Shown piece after piece: positions 38,535-46,868 of a stretch of DNA of 64,000 nucleotides. Position 1 is the stretch's first letter; every line of letters starts with the position of its first letter. Source of the stretch: Acetobacteraceae bacterium (lineage in GTDB: Bacteria; Pseudomonadota; Alphaproteobacteria; Acetobacterales; Acetobacteraceae); contig JANXTL010000028.1 of NCBI GenBank assembly GCA_025352375.1, positions 1,125 through 65,124 on the forward strand, in the 5' to 3' direction. The notes under the pieces are model-generated. The model did not search any database. It was not told the DNA's origin and saw only the letters and a program-made list of their open reading frames with translations. The translations under genes were made by a program, and so were the position numbers.

Positions 38535-41500
38535 ATGCCGCAGATGCCAACGGTCCCTTACCGCAGTTTACTGCTTGCCAGTGTCGCCGTCCTCGCGATC
38601 TCTGGCCGAGCATCGGGCCAGACCATCTCCACGTCGGTCCCCGGCCCGGTCAATGTTACCGTGGGAACACCCCTGATCGTCACCGGTTCGGGGTCGATCC
38701 TGTCGTCCGGCGGCAACGATGCGGTGGTGGCCGGGGTTGTTAGCCCATCGCTGTCCAACAGCGGCCTGATCCAGGCGTCTGGCGGCGGCGTCGCGCTTCG
38801 CCTGACCACCGGGGGTTCTCTAAATCTCGTGACCAACGCCGGCACGATTTCCGAAACGGCGGGTGGTCTCTCCCAGATTGGACTGTGGATCGACACGGGT
38901 GGCACGATCGGCGTGTTGAACAATCTAGACACCGGTTCGATCGAAACGGCTGGTGGCGTCGCGCTGAGTGTCGTTGGCCAGCTCGGTACGCTGTCCAACA
39001 GCGGCATTATCGGCAGCCAGACCGGGTCCGGCCAGATTGGGATCGTGCTCGAATCCGGTGCGACGGTCACCAGCATCGCCAACAATGCCGGCGGGCAGAT
39101 CCTGGCCGGCGCCGCGTCCGGCAGAGCGGTCGTTGTTTACAATTCGGTGGGGACTATAACCAACGCCGACGGCGGCACGATCGCGGCGACCGGCTCCAAC
39201 AGTTTCGGCGTCTTTCTGAGCGGCGGGTCGGTCGCCAGTATGACCAACGCGGGTGTCATGCAGGCCAACGGCAGCTATGGTGCGGGGATTGGGCTGCTGT
39301 CGTCCTCCACGATCGGCAGCCTGAGCAATGCCGGGACCATTCAGGCCAACGGCTACCAGGGCTACGGCATCAATATGCGGGCTTCGGCCATAACGTCGTT
39401 GACCAACACCGGGACCATCCAGGCCAACGGCGAATTTGGTGCGGGGATTCGGCTGCAGTCGTCCTCCACGATCGGCAGCCTGAGCAATGCCGGGACCATC
39501 CAGGCCAACGGCTACGGTGGTGCGGGGATTCGGCTGCAGTCGTCCACGATCGGCAGCCTGAGCAATGCCGGGACCATTCAGGCCAACGGCAACCAGGGCG
39601 TCGGCATCTATATGCGGGGTTCGACCATCACCGCTTTGAGCAACACGGGCCTTATACAGGCCGGCGGCATCTTTGGTGCGGGGATTAAGCTGCTGTCGTC
39701 CTCCACGATCGGCACGCTGACCAATTCCGGAACAATTCAGGCTAAAGGCTTTCATGCCGCCGGGATCGACATCGGCGGCGGAACCATCGGATCGGTTGTC
39801 AATAGCGGTGCGATTCTCGCCACCGACCCGGGCGGCACCGCCATCCGCGTATCCGGGGGGACATTGGCCAGCATCGTGAACAATGCCGGCGGCATTATCC
39901 AGGGGGGCTCGTTCTCGATCGACAATGCCGGCGGTGTTGGTCCGCTGGCGATCGTCAATGCGGGCCAGATCGTGGGCGATATTCGGTTCGGGAGCCAGGC
40001 CGACAGTCTCACGATCAACGGAGGCGGGACGGTTGCCGGCAACATTCTCGGGCAAGGCGGCAGCGGCGCTTCGGTCATCTTCAACACCGGCGTCCCCTAT
40101 GTGCTCGGCAATACCATCAATAACGTCGACAACATCGCAGTCCAAAGCGGCACACTGGCGATCCAGCAATTCGGCAGCGTCACGACGCCGATATCGCAAG
40201 CGCTCGCGTTCAATATCGGCACCGGCGGCGCCGTTCGTTTGAACAGCGGCACGGTGCAGGCGGCGGCGTTCGTCAATCAGGGCCTGCTCGACGTCGGCAC
40301 CGGCACGCCGATCATCGCCGGGGCGCTCACGCAAACCGCGACCGGCCGGTTCGGGGTCGGGATCACGGGACCGGCGAACGGCAAGCTGACGATCACCGGA
40401 GCCGCGGCGCTCGCGGGCGGTGTTGTTGTCAGCGCGCCCACCGTAGCCGCACAGGCGGTCGGCCTGTTCGGCCAGACCTTCACCGTTCTGAGCGCCGCGA
40501 GTCTGACCGCACCGCTCGTCGGCTCCACAACCACAAGCGCGACACCCGGCCCGGCGGTCGTGTTCACCGTGGGCCAGAGCGGCAACAACCTGACCCTGAC
40601 CGGGAAGGCCAACCCGATTACCGCACTGGTGCCGGTTTCCGGCTCGTTCAATCTGTCGCAGATCGAGTCCGGTTTGGACGGATTGCTGAAACTGCTGCTG
40701 ACATCGAACGATTTGGTCAATTATGCCAAGGTGATCGCGCCGTTCACCGGCGGAACGTTCACGACTGCGCAACAGCAATCGATCCTGACCAAGTTGGAAG
40801 CAAGCCTGATCGGCAGCAATCAGGTGGCGCTCAGCTCGATTCTTTCGTTGGAAGGTGCCGCTACCGCCGCGCTCACCGGCCGGCAGACGGCCGCGCGCGA
40901 GACGAACGGTATGTCGGCGGGCGATGACATCGGGCGCGGCTATCAGGTTTGGGTGCAGCCGTTCGGCTCATTCCAGACGCAGAACGCGACCGGCGGCGTC
41001 GACGGGTCGACATCCAACAGCTACGGCATGGTGGCCGGTGCCGATACGCTGGTTCGTCCCGATCTGCGGGTTGGTCTGGCGCTCACGATCGGCAACACCG
41101 ACATCGCCTATTCCGGCAATTTGTCCGGTAACAAGGGGACTGTGCTGACCACCCAGCTGGCGCTGTATGCCACCTGGTATCAAGGTCACTGGTTCGTGGA
41201 CGGCGCCGCCGGCGGCGGCATCAACTGGTACACAACCCACGAAAGCGCACCGGCCTTCGGCGGCAACCGCGAGGCCGAGTTCAGCGGCACCCATCTGACC
41301 GCTCGGGTCGGAACCGGCTACGACTGGATGGTCAACAGCCAGCTGACGATCACGCCCTATGCGTCGATCCAGGACACGCATTTCAACCTCGACGGCTACA
41401 CGACCCACGGCCTGGGCCTGTTGGATCTGAAAGTGAGCAACAAGGCGTTCGACGCATTGCAAAGCCGGATCGGGGCCAAGGCCGCGTACACCTTCTCGCG

Positions 41501-41771
41501 CGGCGGCTACACGTTCACCCCGGAATTGCATTCCTACTATTTGCATAATTTCGGCGCGGACCAGCGGCTGACCACATCGGCATCGTTCGTGGGCGGTGGT
41601 CCGACGTTCAGCACGATCGGCCCTGCGCGGGATCGGGACGTGTGGAACGTGGGCCTCGGTCTGACTATGGCGAAGATCGGGCGGGTGACATTAACCGGAA
41701 CTTACGACTACCTCGGCGGTAGCACGTCATCGGACCATCAGGTCTCGGCGCGGTTCAAGACCGACTTCTGA
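38535..41771 (+). CDS. Autotransporter (type Va) outer membrane protein with a repetitive beta-helical passenger
   Basis: Signal peptide, then hundreds of residues of G-x-I-x-N-x-G-T-I-type repeats. The C-terminal ~280 aa form a beta-barrel ending ...VSARFKTDF (aromatic terminus). Confidence 0.9.
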   Translation: MPQMPTVPYRSLLLASVAVLAISGRASGQTISTSVPGPVNVTVGTPLIVTGSGSILSSGGNDAVVAGVVSPSLSNSGLIQASGGGVALRLTTGGSLNLVTNAGTISETAGGLSQIGLWIDTGGTIGVLNNLDTGSIETAGGVALSVVGQLGTLSNSGIIGSQTGSGQIGIVLESGATVTSIANNAGGQILAGAASGRAVVVYNSVGTITNADGGTIAATGSNSFGVFLSGGSVASMTNAGVMQANGSYGAGIGLLSSSTIGSLSNAGTIQANGYQGYGINMRASAITSLTNTGTIQANGEFGAGIRLQSSSTIGSLSNAGTIQANGYGGAGIRLQSSTIGSLSNAGTIQANGNQGVGIYMRGSTITALSNTGLIQAGGIFGAGIKLLSSSTIGTLTNSGTIQAKGFHAAGIDIGGGTIGSVVNSGAILATDPGGTAIRVSGGTLASIVNNAGGIIQGGSFSIDNAGGVGPLAIVNAGQIVGDIRFGSQADSLTINGGGTVAGNILGQGGSGASVIFNTGVPYVLGNTINNVDNIAVQSGTLAIQQFGSVTTPISQALAFNIGTGGAVRLNSGTVQAAAFVNQGLLDVGTGTPIIAGALTQTATGRFGVGITGPANGKLTITGAAALAGGVVVSAPTVAAQAVGLFGQTFTVLSAASLTAPLVGSTTTSATPGPAVVFTVGQSGNNLTLTGKANPITALVPVSGSFNLSQIESGLDGLLKLLLTSNDLVNYAKVIAPFTGGTFTTAQQQSILTKLEASLIGSNQVALSSILSLEGAATAALTGRQTAARETNGMSAGDDIGRGYQVWVQPFGSFQTQNATGGVDGSTSNSYGMVAGADTLVRPDLRVGLALTIGNTDIAYSGNLSGNKGTVLTTQLALYATWYQGHWFVDGAAGGGINWYTTHESAPAFGGNREAEFSGTHLTARVGTGYDWMVNSQLTITPYASIQDTHFNLDGYTTHGLGLLDLKVSNKAFDALQSRIGAKAAYTFSRGGYTFTPELHSYYLHNFGADQRLTTSASFVGGGPTFSTIGPARDRDVWNVGLGLTMAKIGRVTLTGTYDYLGGSTSSDHQVSARFKTDF
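39261..39749 (+). repeat. Near-identical tandem coding repeats within the autotransporter passenger (units of about 78-117 nt)
   Basis: TCGTCCTCCACGATCGGCAGCCTGAGCAATGCCGGGACCAT[TC]CAGGCCAACGGC recurs at about 39301, 39457 and 39541. Degenerate copies lie on either side. Confidence 0.85.
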
Positions 41772-41963
41772 TCGGCAACGCGAAGGGCCGTGTTCACGTG
41801 GGATGGCGGGAACGCGGCCGGGCTGTTAAAGAGGCCGTCGAATCTCGGCCTTGACCCTTGTTTCCCCCACGGCCGACAAGGTCCGGCCCTTTAAGACAGC
41901 TGGGAGAACCCGTTGGGCGTCGTCGCCATCCCAATCGAAGCAGGCCGCGCGGCCTCCGGCCCG

Positions 41964-42962
41964 ATGTCAGAACCCGAAGACGCGCTGACCGCGCTTGTCG
42001 GTCTCGTCGCGCGGGATTTCGAAGCCTGCAACCGCACGATCGTGGCGCGGATGGACAGTCCTGTCGCACTGATCCCGCAGCTCGCCGCGCATATCGTCGC
42101 CGCCGGCGGAAAGCGTTTGCGGCCGTTGTTGACCCTGGCGTCGTCGCGGCTGTGCGGATACGGCCTCGACGGCGGCTCAAGGCACGTCGACCTCGCCGCC
42201 TGCGTGGAGTTCATTCACACCGCGACCTTGCTGCACGACGACGTGGTGGACGAAAGCGCGCTCCGCCGCGGTCTGGCATCCGCCAACGCGGTGTTCGGCA
42301 ACAAGGCATCCGTCCTGGTGGGCGACTTCCTGTTTGCCCGCGCCTTCCAGCTCATGGTGGCCGATGGATCGCTCAAGGTGCTCGGCATCCTATCCCACGC
42401 CGCCGCCACGATCGCGGAAGGGGAGGTTTTGCAGCTCGCGACGCAGAACGACCTTTCTACCGACGAAGATCGCTACCTCGACGTGATCAAGGGCAAGACG
42501 GCCGCCCTGTTCGCCGCCGCCTGCCGGATCGGTGCGGTGATCCGCGACCGCCCGGCCGCCGAGGAAGATGCGCTCGCGACCTACGGCATGGCACTCGGCA
42601 TGGCGTTCCAGCTGGTGGACGATGCGCTGGACTATGCCGCCGATCAGGCGAAGCTCGGCAAGACCGTCGGCGACGATTTCCGGGAAGGGAAGGTGACTCT
42701 GCCCGTCCTCGTGGCCTACCACGCCGGTGACGCGGAGGAACGCACCTTCTGGCAGCGCACCATTGAGGCGTCGGAGCAAACCGGTGCCGACCTTGATCGA
42801 GCGCTGGCGTTGATGGCGCGTCACGATGCGATTGCGGCGACGATCGTGCGCGCCGGCGCATTCGCGCTCGATGCCAAACGGGCGCTGCTGATCTTCCCGC
42901 CGAGCCCCATTCGGCAGGCGTTGATGCATGTGGCGGATTATACGGTGCGCCGCGGACGCTAA
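41964..42962 (+). CDS. ispB: Polyprenyl (octaprenyl/decaprenyl) diphosphate synthase
   Basis: Two DDxxD motifs (LLHDDVVDES, FQLVDDALDY) are present. Start chosen at MSEPEDALT. Confidence 0.88.
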   Translation: MSEPEDALTALVGLVARDFEACNRTIVARMDSPVALIPQLAAHIVAAGGKRLRPLLTLASSRLCGYGLDGGSRHVDLAACVEFIHTATLLHDDVVDESALRRGLASANAVFGNKASVLVGDFLFARAFQLMVADGSLKVLGILSHAAATIAEGEVLQLATQNDLSTDEDRYLDVIKGKTAALFAAACRIGAVIRDRPAAEEDALATYGMALGMAFQLVDDALDYAADQAKLGKTVGDDFREGKVTLPVLVAYHAGDAEERTFWQRTIEASEQTGADLDRALALMARHDAIAATIVRAGAFALDAKRALLIFPPSPIRQALMHVADYTVRRGR

Positions 42963-43696
42963 AACCGGCCGATCGGGCGCGTCGGCCTCGGCGCGACACC
43001 CACCGGTTGCGCCCGGTACAAATCCAGACCGCGCCCTACCCCAACCGCGCCGGGCAGCGGCGGTGCGACAGGTTGTTGTGCTGGCAACAACGCCCCGTGC
43101 GGGGTGGTGGCGGCCCAGGCTCTGACGAGCGCGGTGGGGCCGGCGGGTCGCTTTGATTCCTCGGCCAGGAATGCCATGACCCTCTGTGCATACGGTGCCG
43201 ATAGTTCCGGGGTGGCGGAGTGGTATAGCCCCACGGCCTTCGTCCAATCGCCCGTTTTGCCGAACAGCAAGCGAAGAAACCGAGCAGCGTAGGCGGCGTT
43301 GGCCGGGGGATCGAAGGCTTGCTCGAGGGAGGGGAACGCGTCGGGGTGGTGCATCAGGTTCACCTGCATGCAGCCGACATCGATCGATTTTACGCCGCGC
43401 GCTTGGAAGGTCCGCACCGCCGCGACGGCTTCGGCCTTGGAGTCGTAGTAAAATCCTTGCCCCTCGACGTTGATGGTCCAAGGCCAGGGGTGCGTGGCGC
43501 CGGTCGCTTCGTCCCGCCGGCCGCTTTCCGCTCGGCCGATGGCCACCATCAGATGCACGGGGATGGCCTGAGCCTGCTCCGCCCCGACGATGGCGGCTCG
43601 ACATAGCAGGCCCGGCGGTGTGGCCGTGAGCGAGGTGACCACCGCCGCGTGAGCCAGGCTTGGAAACAGGAGCAGGAGGACGATCAGGGTGCGCAT
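42959..43696 (-). CDS. Lytic transglycosylase (SLT) domain protein
   Basis: Signal peptide, AIGRAESG catalytic-Glu motif, and DVGCMQVN. Confidence 0.8.
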   Translation of the reverse strand: MRTLIVLLLLFPSLAHAAVVTSLTATPPGLLCRAAIVGAEQAQAIPVHLMVAIGRAESGRRDEATGATHPWPWTINVEGQGFYYDSKAEAVAAVRTFQARGVKSIDVGCMQVNLMHHPDAFPSLEQAFDPPANAAYAARFLRLLFGKTGDWTKAVGLYHSATPELSAPYAQRVMAFLAEESKRPAGPTALVRAWAATTPHGALLPAQQPVAPPLPGAVGVGRGLDLYRAQPVGVAPRPTRPIGRF

Positions 43697-43757
43697 GGGC
43701 GCAGCGTGACAGGGAAAGGTAAATCAAAAGTTAACGCGGCGCAAAAAATTAGCCAAA

Positions 43758-43798
43758 CGCAATGCTGCATTGCGAAAACATGCTTGCACACGTATGAT
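43758..43798 (+). promoter_or_regulatory. Sigma70-like promoter TTGCGA-N17-TATGAT with a 17-bp palindrome over the -35
   Basis: -35 at 43770-43775 and -10 at 43793-43798. The perfect palindrome CGCAATGC-T-GCATTGCG lies at 43758-43774. Confidence 0.45.
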
Positions 43799-43804
43799 CA
43801 TCCC

Positions 43805-43908
43805 CGCTACATCATGCATCGCAGCAACGGCGCCCATGGCGCCTTCCTGCTTTCTTGGACGTTTCCTCCCTAAACTTGGCGGCGCTGCATAAGCGTCGCC
43901 TTTTTTTT
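43805..43908 (+). ncRNA. Candidate trans-acting small RNA (about 100 nt) with an exposed UUCCUCCCUAA motif
   Basis: It lies in the gap between two - strand genes, bounded by the promoter above and a strong intrinsic terminator. It has a GGCGCC..GGCGCC hairpin and an anti-Shine-Dalgarno-like CCUCCC stretch (43865-43870). The only + strand ORF covering it looks non-coding. Confidence 0.4.
43878..43908 (+). terminator. Rho-independent terminator (8-bp GC stem, 7-nt loop, T8)
   Basis: GGCGGCGC-TGCATAA-GCGTCGCC is followed by TTTTTTTT. The U-tract is present only on the + strand. Confidence 0.65.
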
Positions 43909-43920
43909 GCGCCGTGCGGA

Positions 43921-44844
43921 TCAGGCGTCCATCAGGCCATAGGCCTCGTTTGCCAGGGCCTCGATCAGCGTCGTGAGATCGTGGCGGATCGCGGCGAAAC
44001 GGGGCAGGCGCTCGATCCTGGCCTCGTCCATATACAGATCGCGGGCGATTTCGATTTGCAGGACATGGATGCGGTCGCGCGGGCGGCCGTAATGACGGGT
44101 GATGAACCCTCCGGCGTAGGGATCGTTGCGACGAACCGTGAACCCAAGGCCGATCAGCGCCCGCTCTACGAAGCGTGTCACCTGTGGGGAGCAAGCGGTG
44201 CCATGCAGGTCGCCCAGCACGAAATCCGGCATTTTGAACGCGTTGCGTCCCGGCGCGCCGCCCAGGGCGCCCGACGTCGCCGGGCCGGGGGATGGCATGG
44301 AATGGCAGTCGATCAGCAGGCAGGTGCCGAACATAGCCTTGGTGCCGCCGATCAGCGCGCCCAGCATGTCATGATAAGGCTGCCAGCACGCGTTCACCCG
44401 GTGCTCGGCGTCCGCGAACCGCAATTTGTAGCGGTAGATCGCCTCCCCCGAGGCGACGATTCGGGCGATGGTGCCTAGGCCCGCCGCGACTCGCGGGCTG
44501 GTGGCGTTGACCCATTGCGGCAACTCATCGGCGAACATCAGGGGATCCAGCTCCCACGGCTCGCGGTTGGCATCGCACCAGGCGCGGGGGAAGGTGGCCG
44601 CCAGCAGGGGCGCGCCGAAATCGGGGGCGGCGGCATAAAGTTCGTCGACGAAACTGTCCTCGCTACGACGCAGACCCAGCGGGTCCAGCCGCGAGGATGC
44701 CAGAAAATCGCCGGAATAGCGCCGGCCGGAATGCGGAGACGCGAACAACAACGGCGTCGTCTGCCGCGCCGGGCGTGCGACCGTGACGGCATCGCTGTCG
44801 ATTGGGGGGGCGGGGATGACCAAGGCGTCCATCCGCCTATTCAA
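43921..44844 (-). CDS. N-formylglutamate amidohydrolase family protein
   Basis: 307 aa. The ...LLFASPHSGR.Y... and ...CLLIDCHSMPS... motifs are characteristic of the FGase family. Confidence 0.8.
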   Translation of the reverse strand: MNRRMDALVIPAPPIDSDAVTVARPARQTTPLLFASPHSGRRYSGDFLASSRLDPLGLRRSEDSFVDELYAAAPDFGAPLLAATFPRAWCDANREPWELDPLMFADELPQWVNATSPRVAAGLGTIARIVASGEAIYRYKLRFADAEHRVNACWQPYHDMLGALIGGTKAMFGTCLLIDCHSMPSPGPATSGALGGAPGRNAFKMPDFVLGDLHGTACSPQVTRFVERALIGLGFTVRRNDPYAGGFITRHYGRPRDRIHVLQIEIARDLYMDEARIERLPRFAAIRHDLTTLIEALANEAYGLMDA

Positions 44845-45026
44845 CCCCCGACCGGGGCCGCTGTCACGGGATCATCGTGGCGAACCGAGTATAATCCGCA
44901 ATCCCGCCGGCGGGCATTTCTGTTGCGGCGAGACGGCGAGGCGCGCAGTGTCGTGGGATACTGTTTGGTCCATCGCGAATGTCGATAACCCCTCCCCGGG
45001 CGACCGGGGCCTGGTTCCCGCTTCAA

Positions 45027-46868
45027 ATGAGCCAGCAAAAGATGGCCATGCTCCGGCTGCTCGCCGTTATGGTGTTGCTAGTGCTTGGCGTGCCGACGTT
45101 GGTGCGCGCCGCCGATCCCGTAAACTATACGGTTACTCTGCGCCCGACTGGGGACGCGGCTCTCGATTCCGCGCTGAACGATGCCTCAAGCCTGGTCGCC
45201 TTGCGTGAAACCAGCCCGCCAAGCCCGTTCAGTCTGGTCTTGCGCGCGCAACAGGATATCGAACGTTTCCAGACAGTGTTGCGGAGCGTCGGTCACTATC
45301 GCGCCACCGTGATCGTCCGCATCGCCGGACAAAGGTTCGACGCCCCGGGTCTCACCGACGTGCTGACGCAAGCAACCGCCGTACCGCCCGCACCGGTCGA
45401 AGTCGCGGTCGACCCGGGACCGTCTTTCACCATTGGCGCCGTGAAACTGAACGGTACCATTCCGCGCGATATCGCCGCTCGGCTGACGCTTGTCCCCGGG
45501 GCGCCCGCGACGGCAGCCAACGTGCTGGCGGCGCGGGACCAGTTGCTGGCGATGCTGCGCGACGCCGGCCATGCGCTCGCGGTGGTGACGTTGCCGCCCG
45601 CGGTCCTGCGGCCAGCCGACAAGGCGCTGGATGTGACCTTGAACGTCACCGCTGGCCCAGTGACGAATATCGGCGCGATCGCATTCGTTGGCCTCGGGAA
45701 GGTGCATGAGGATTTCATCCGCCAGCATGTGCGGCTGCGGTCCGGCGACCGGTTCAGTCCGGCCGCGTTGGAAGCCGCGCGGTCCGATCTGGCCGGGCTC
45801 GGCGTATTCGCGTCGGTCCGAGCGGAATCGGCGGAGCGCCTGGATGCTGAGGGCCGCCTGCCGATCACGTTTCGAATGACCGAACGGGCACGCCATTCGG
45901 TCAGTGCCGACGCCTCTTACTCCACCGATTTGGGTGTGGCGGTCGGCGGCGCCTGGCACCATCGCAATCTGCTCGGCAATGGCGAACAGCTGAACGTGAC
46001 CGGGTCGGTTCAGCCCGGCGGCAACGCGGTCGTGAAGCCTGGATTTTCCGCCGAGGTGGAATTCGTCAAGCCCGACTTCATGGTGCGCGATCGAACGCTG
46101 ACGCTCGGCGTTGGCGCGATCAAGAGGAGCCTGATCGGGTACGACCAGAAAGCCGTGACGGAGAAGGCCATTTTGACCCAAACGCTGACACCGAGATGGT
46201 CGATCAGCCTGGGCCTGACTGGGGAGCAGGAGCAGATTGCCCAGGAAGGCGTCACACGCACCTACAACCTGATCGCGTTTCCGTTGCAGATAAAATACGA
46301 TAGCACGACGAATTTACTCGATCCCGTCAGCGGTTTCCGCGCATCGTTGCTGGTGACGCCGACTTATGCCTTGGGAAACCGAACGCCCATTTTCGTGACC
46401 GCACAGATTTCAGCCTCGGCATATTTCGATCTCGCGGGGAATGGGCGGTCGGTGCTGGCCATGCGCGGCCTTGCGGGCGAAATCTTCGGCGCCGCGAACG
46501 CGTTCGGCGTGCCGCCCGACCAGCGCTTCTACGCTGGCGGCAGCGGGACTGTGCGGGGGTTCCGCTATCAGTCGATCGGCCCGCAATTCGCCAACGCGCG
46601 TCCGATCGGGGCCACCGCGGTCAGTGCCGGCTCGGTCGAGTTTCGGCAACGTATCGGCCAGAGTTTCGGCGCGGTCGGTTTCCTCGATGTCGGGCAGGTC
46701 AGCACGCGCGGCGCGCCCTTCACGTCCAACTGGCACGCAGGTGCTGGCGTCGGCGTTCGTTACTACACCGCGATCGGCCCCATCCGCGTCGATGTCGCTG
46801 TTCCCCTCAATCGCGAGCCGCATGGCGATAAGTTCGAGTTATACATCGGCATCGGGCAGGCCTTCTGA
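45027..46868 (+). CDS. tamA: Autotransporter assembly complex outer membrane protein TamA (Omp85 family)
   Basis: Signal peptide, POTRA-like repeats and a C-terminal Omp85 barrel ending ...LYIGIGQAF. It is followed directly by tamB. Confidence 0.82.
   Translation: MSQQKMAMLRLLAVMVLLVLGVPTLVRAADPVNYTVTLRPTGDAALDSALNDASSLVALRETSPPSPFSLVLRAQQDIERFQTVLRSVGHYRATVIVRIAGQRFDAPGLTDVLTQATAVPPAPVEVAVDPGPSFTIGAVKLNGTIPRDIAARLTLVPGAPATAANVLAARDQLLAMLRDAGHALAVVTLPPAVLRPADKALDVTLNVTAGPVTNIGAIAFVGLGKVHEDFIRQHVRLRSGDRFSPAALEAARSDLAGLGVFASVRAESAERLDAEGRLPITFRMTERARHSVSADASYSTDLGVAVGGAWHHRNLLGNGEQLNVTGSVQPGGNAVVKPGFSAEVEFVKPDFMVRDRTLTLGVGAIKRSLIGYDQKAVTEKAILTQTLTPRWSISLGLTGEQEQIAQEGVTRTYNLIAFPLQIKYDSTTNLLDPVSGFRASLLVTPTYALGNRTPIFVTAQISASAYFDLAGNGRSVLAMRGLAGEIFGAANAFGVPPDQRFYAGGSGTVRGFRYQSIGPQFANARPIGATAVSAGSVEFRQRIGQSFGAVGFLDVGQVSTRGAPFTSNWHAGAGVGVRYYTAIGPIRVDVAVPLNREPHGDKFELYIGIGQAF

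Noticed and set aside
38925-40778. 617-aa ORF antisense to the autotransporter passenger, plus the + strand alternative-frame ORFs 38885-39688
   Set aside because: This is a repeat-driven open frame with low-complexity Arg/Gly/Asp composition. The sense frame has a signal peptide, beta-helix repeats and a barrel.
43649-43873. 74-aa + strand ORF across the SLT start and the sRNA candidate
   Set aside because: Its 5' half is antisense to the SLT gene signal peptide. Only a 19-codon Met-initiated piece lies in the intergenic unit. The promoter/terminator architecture fits an sRNA better.
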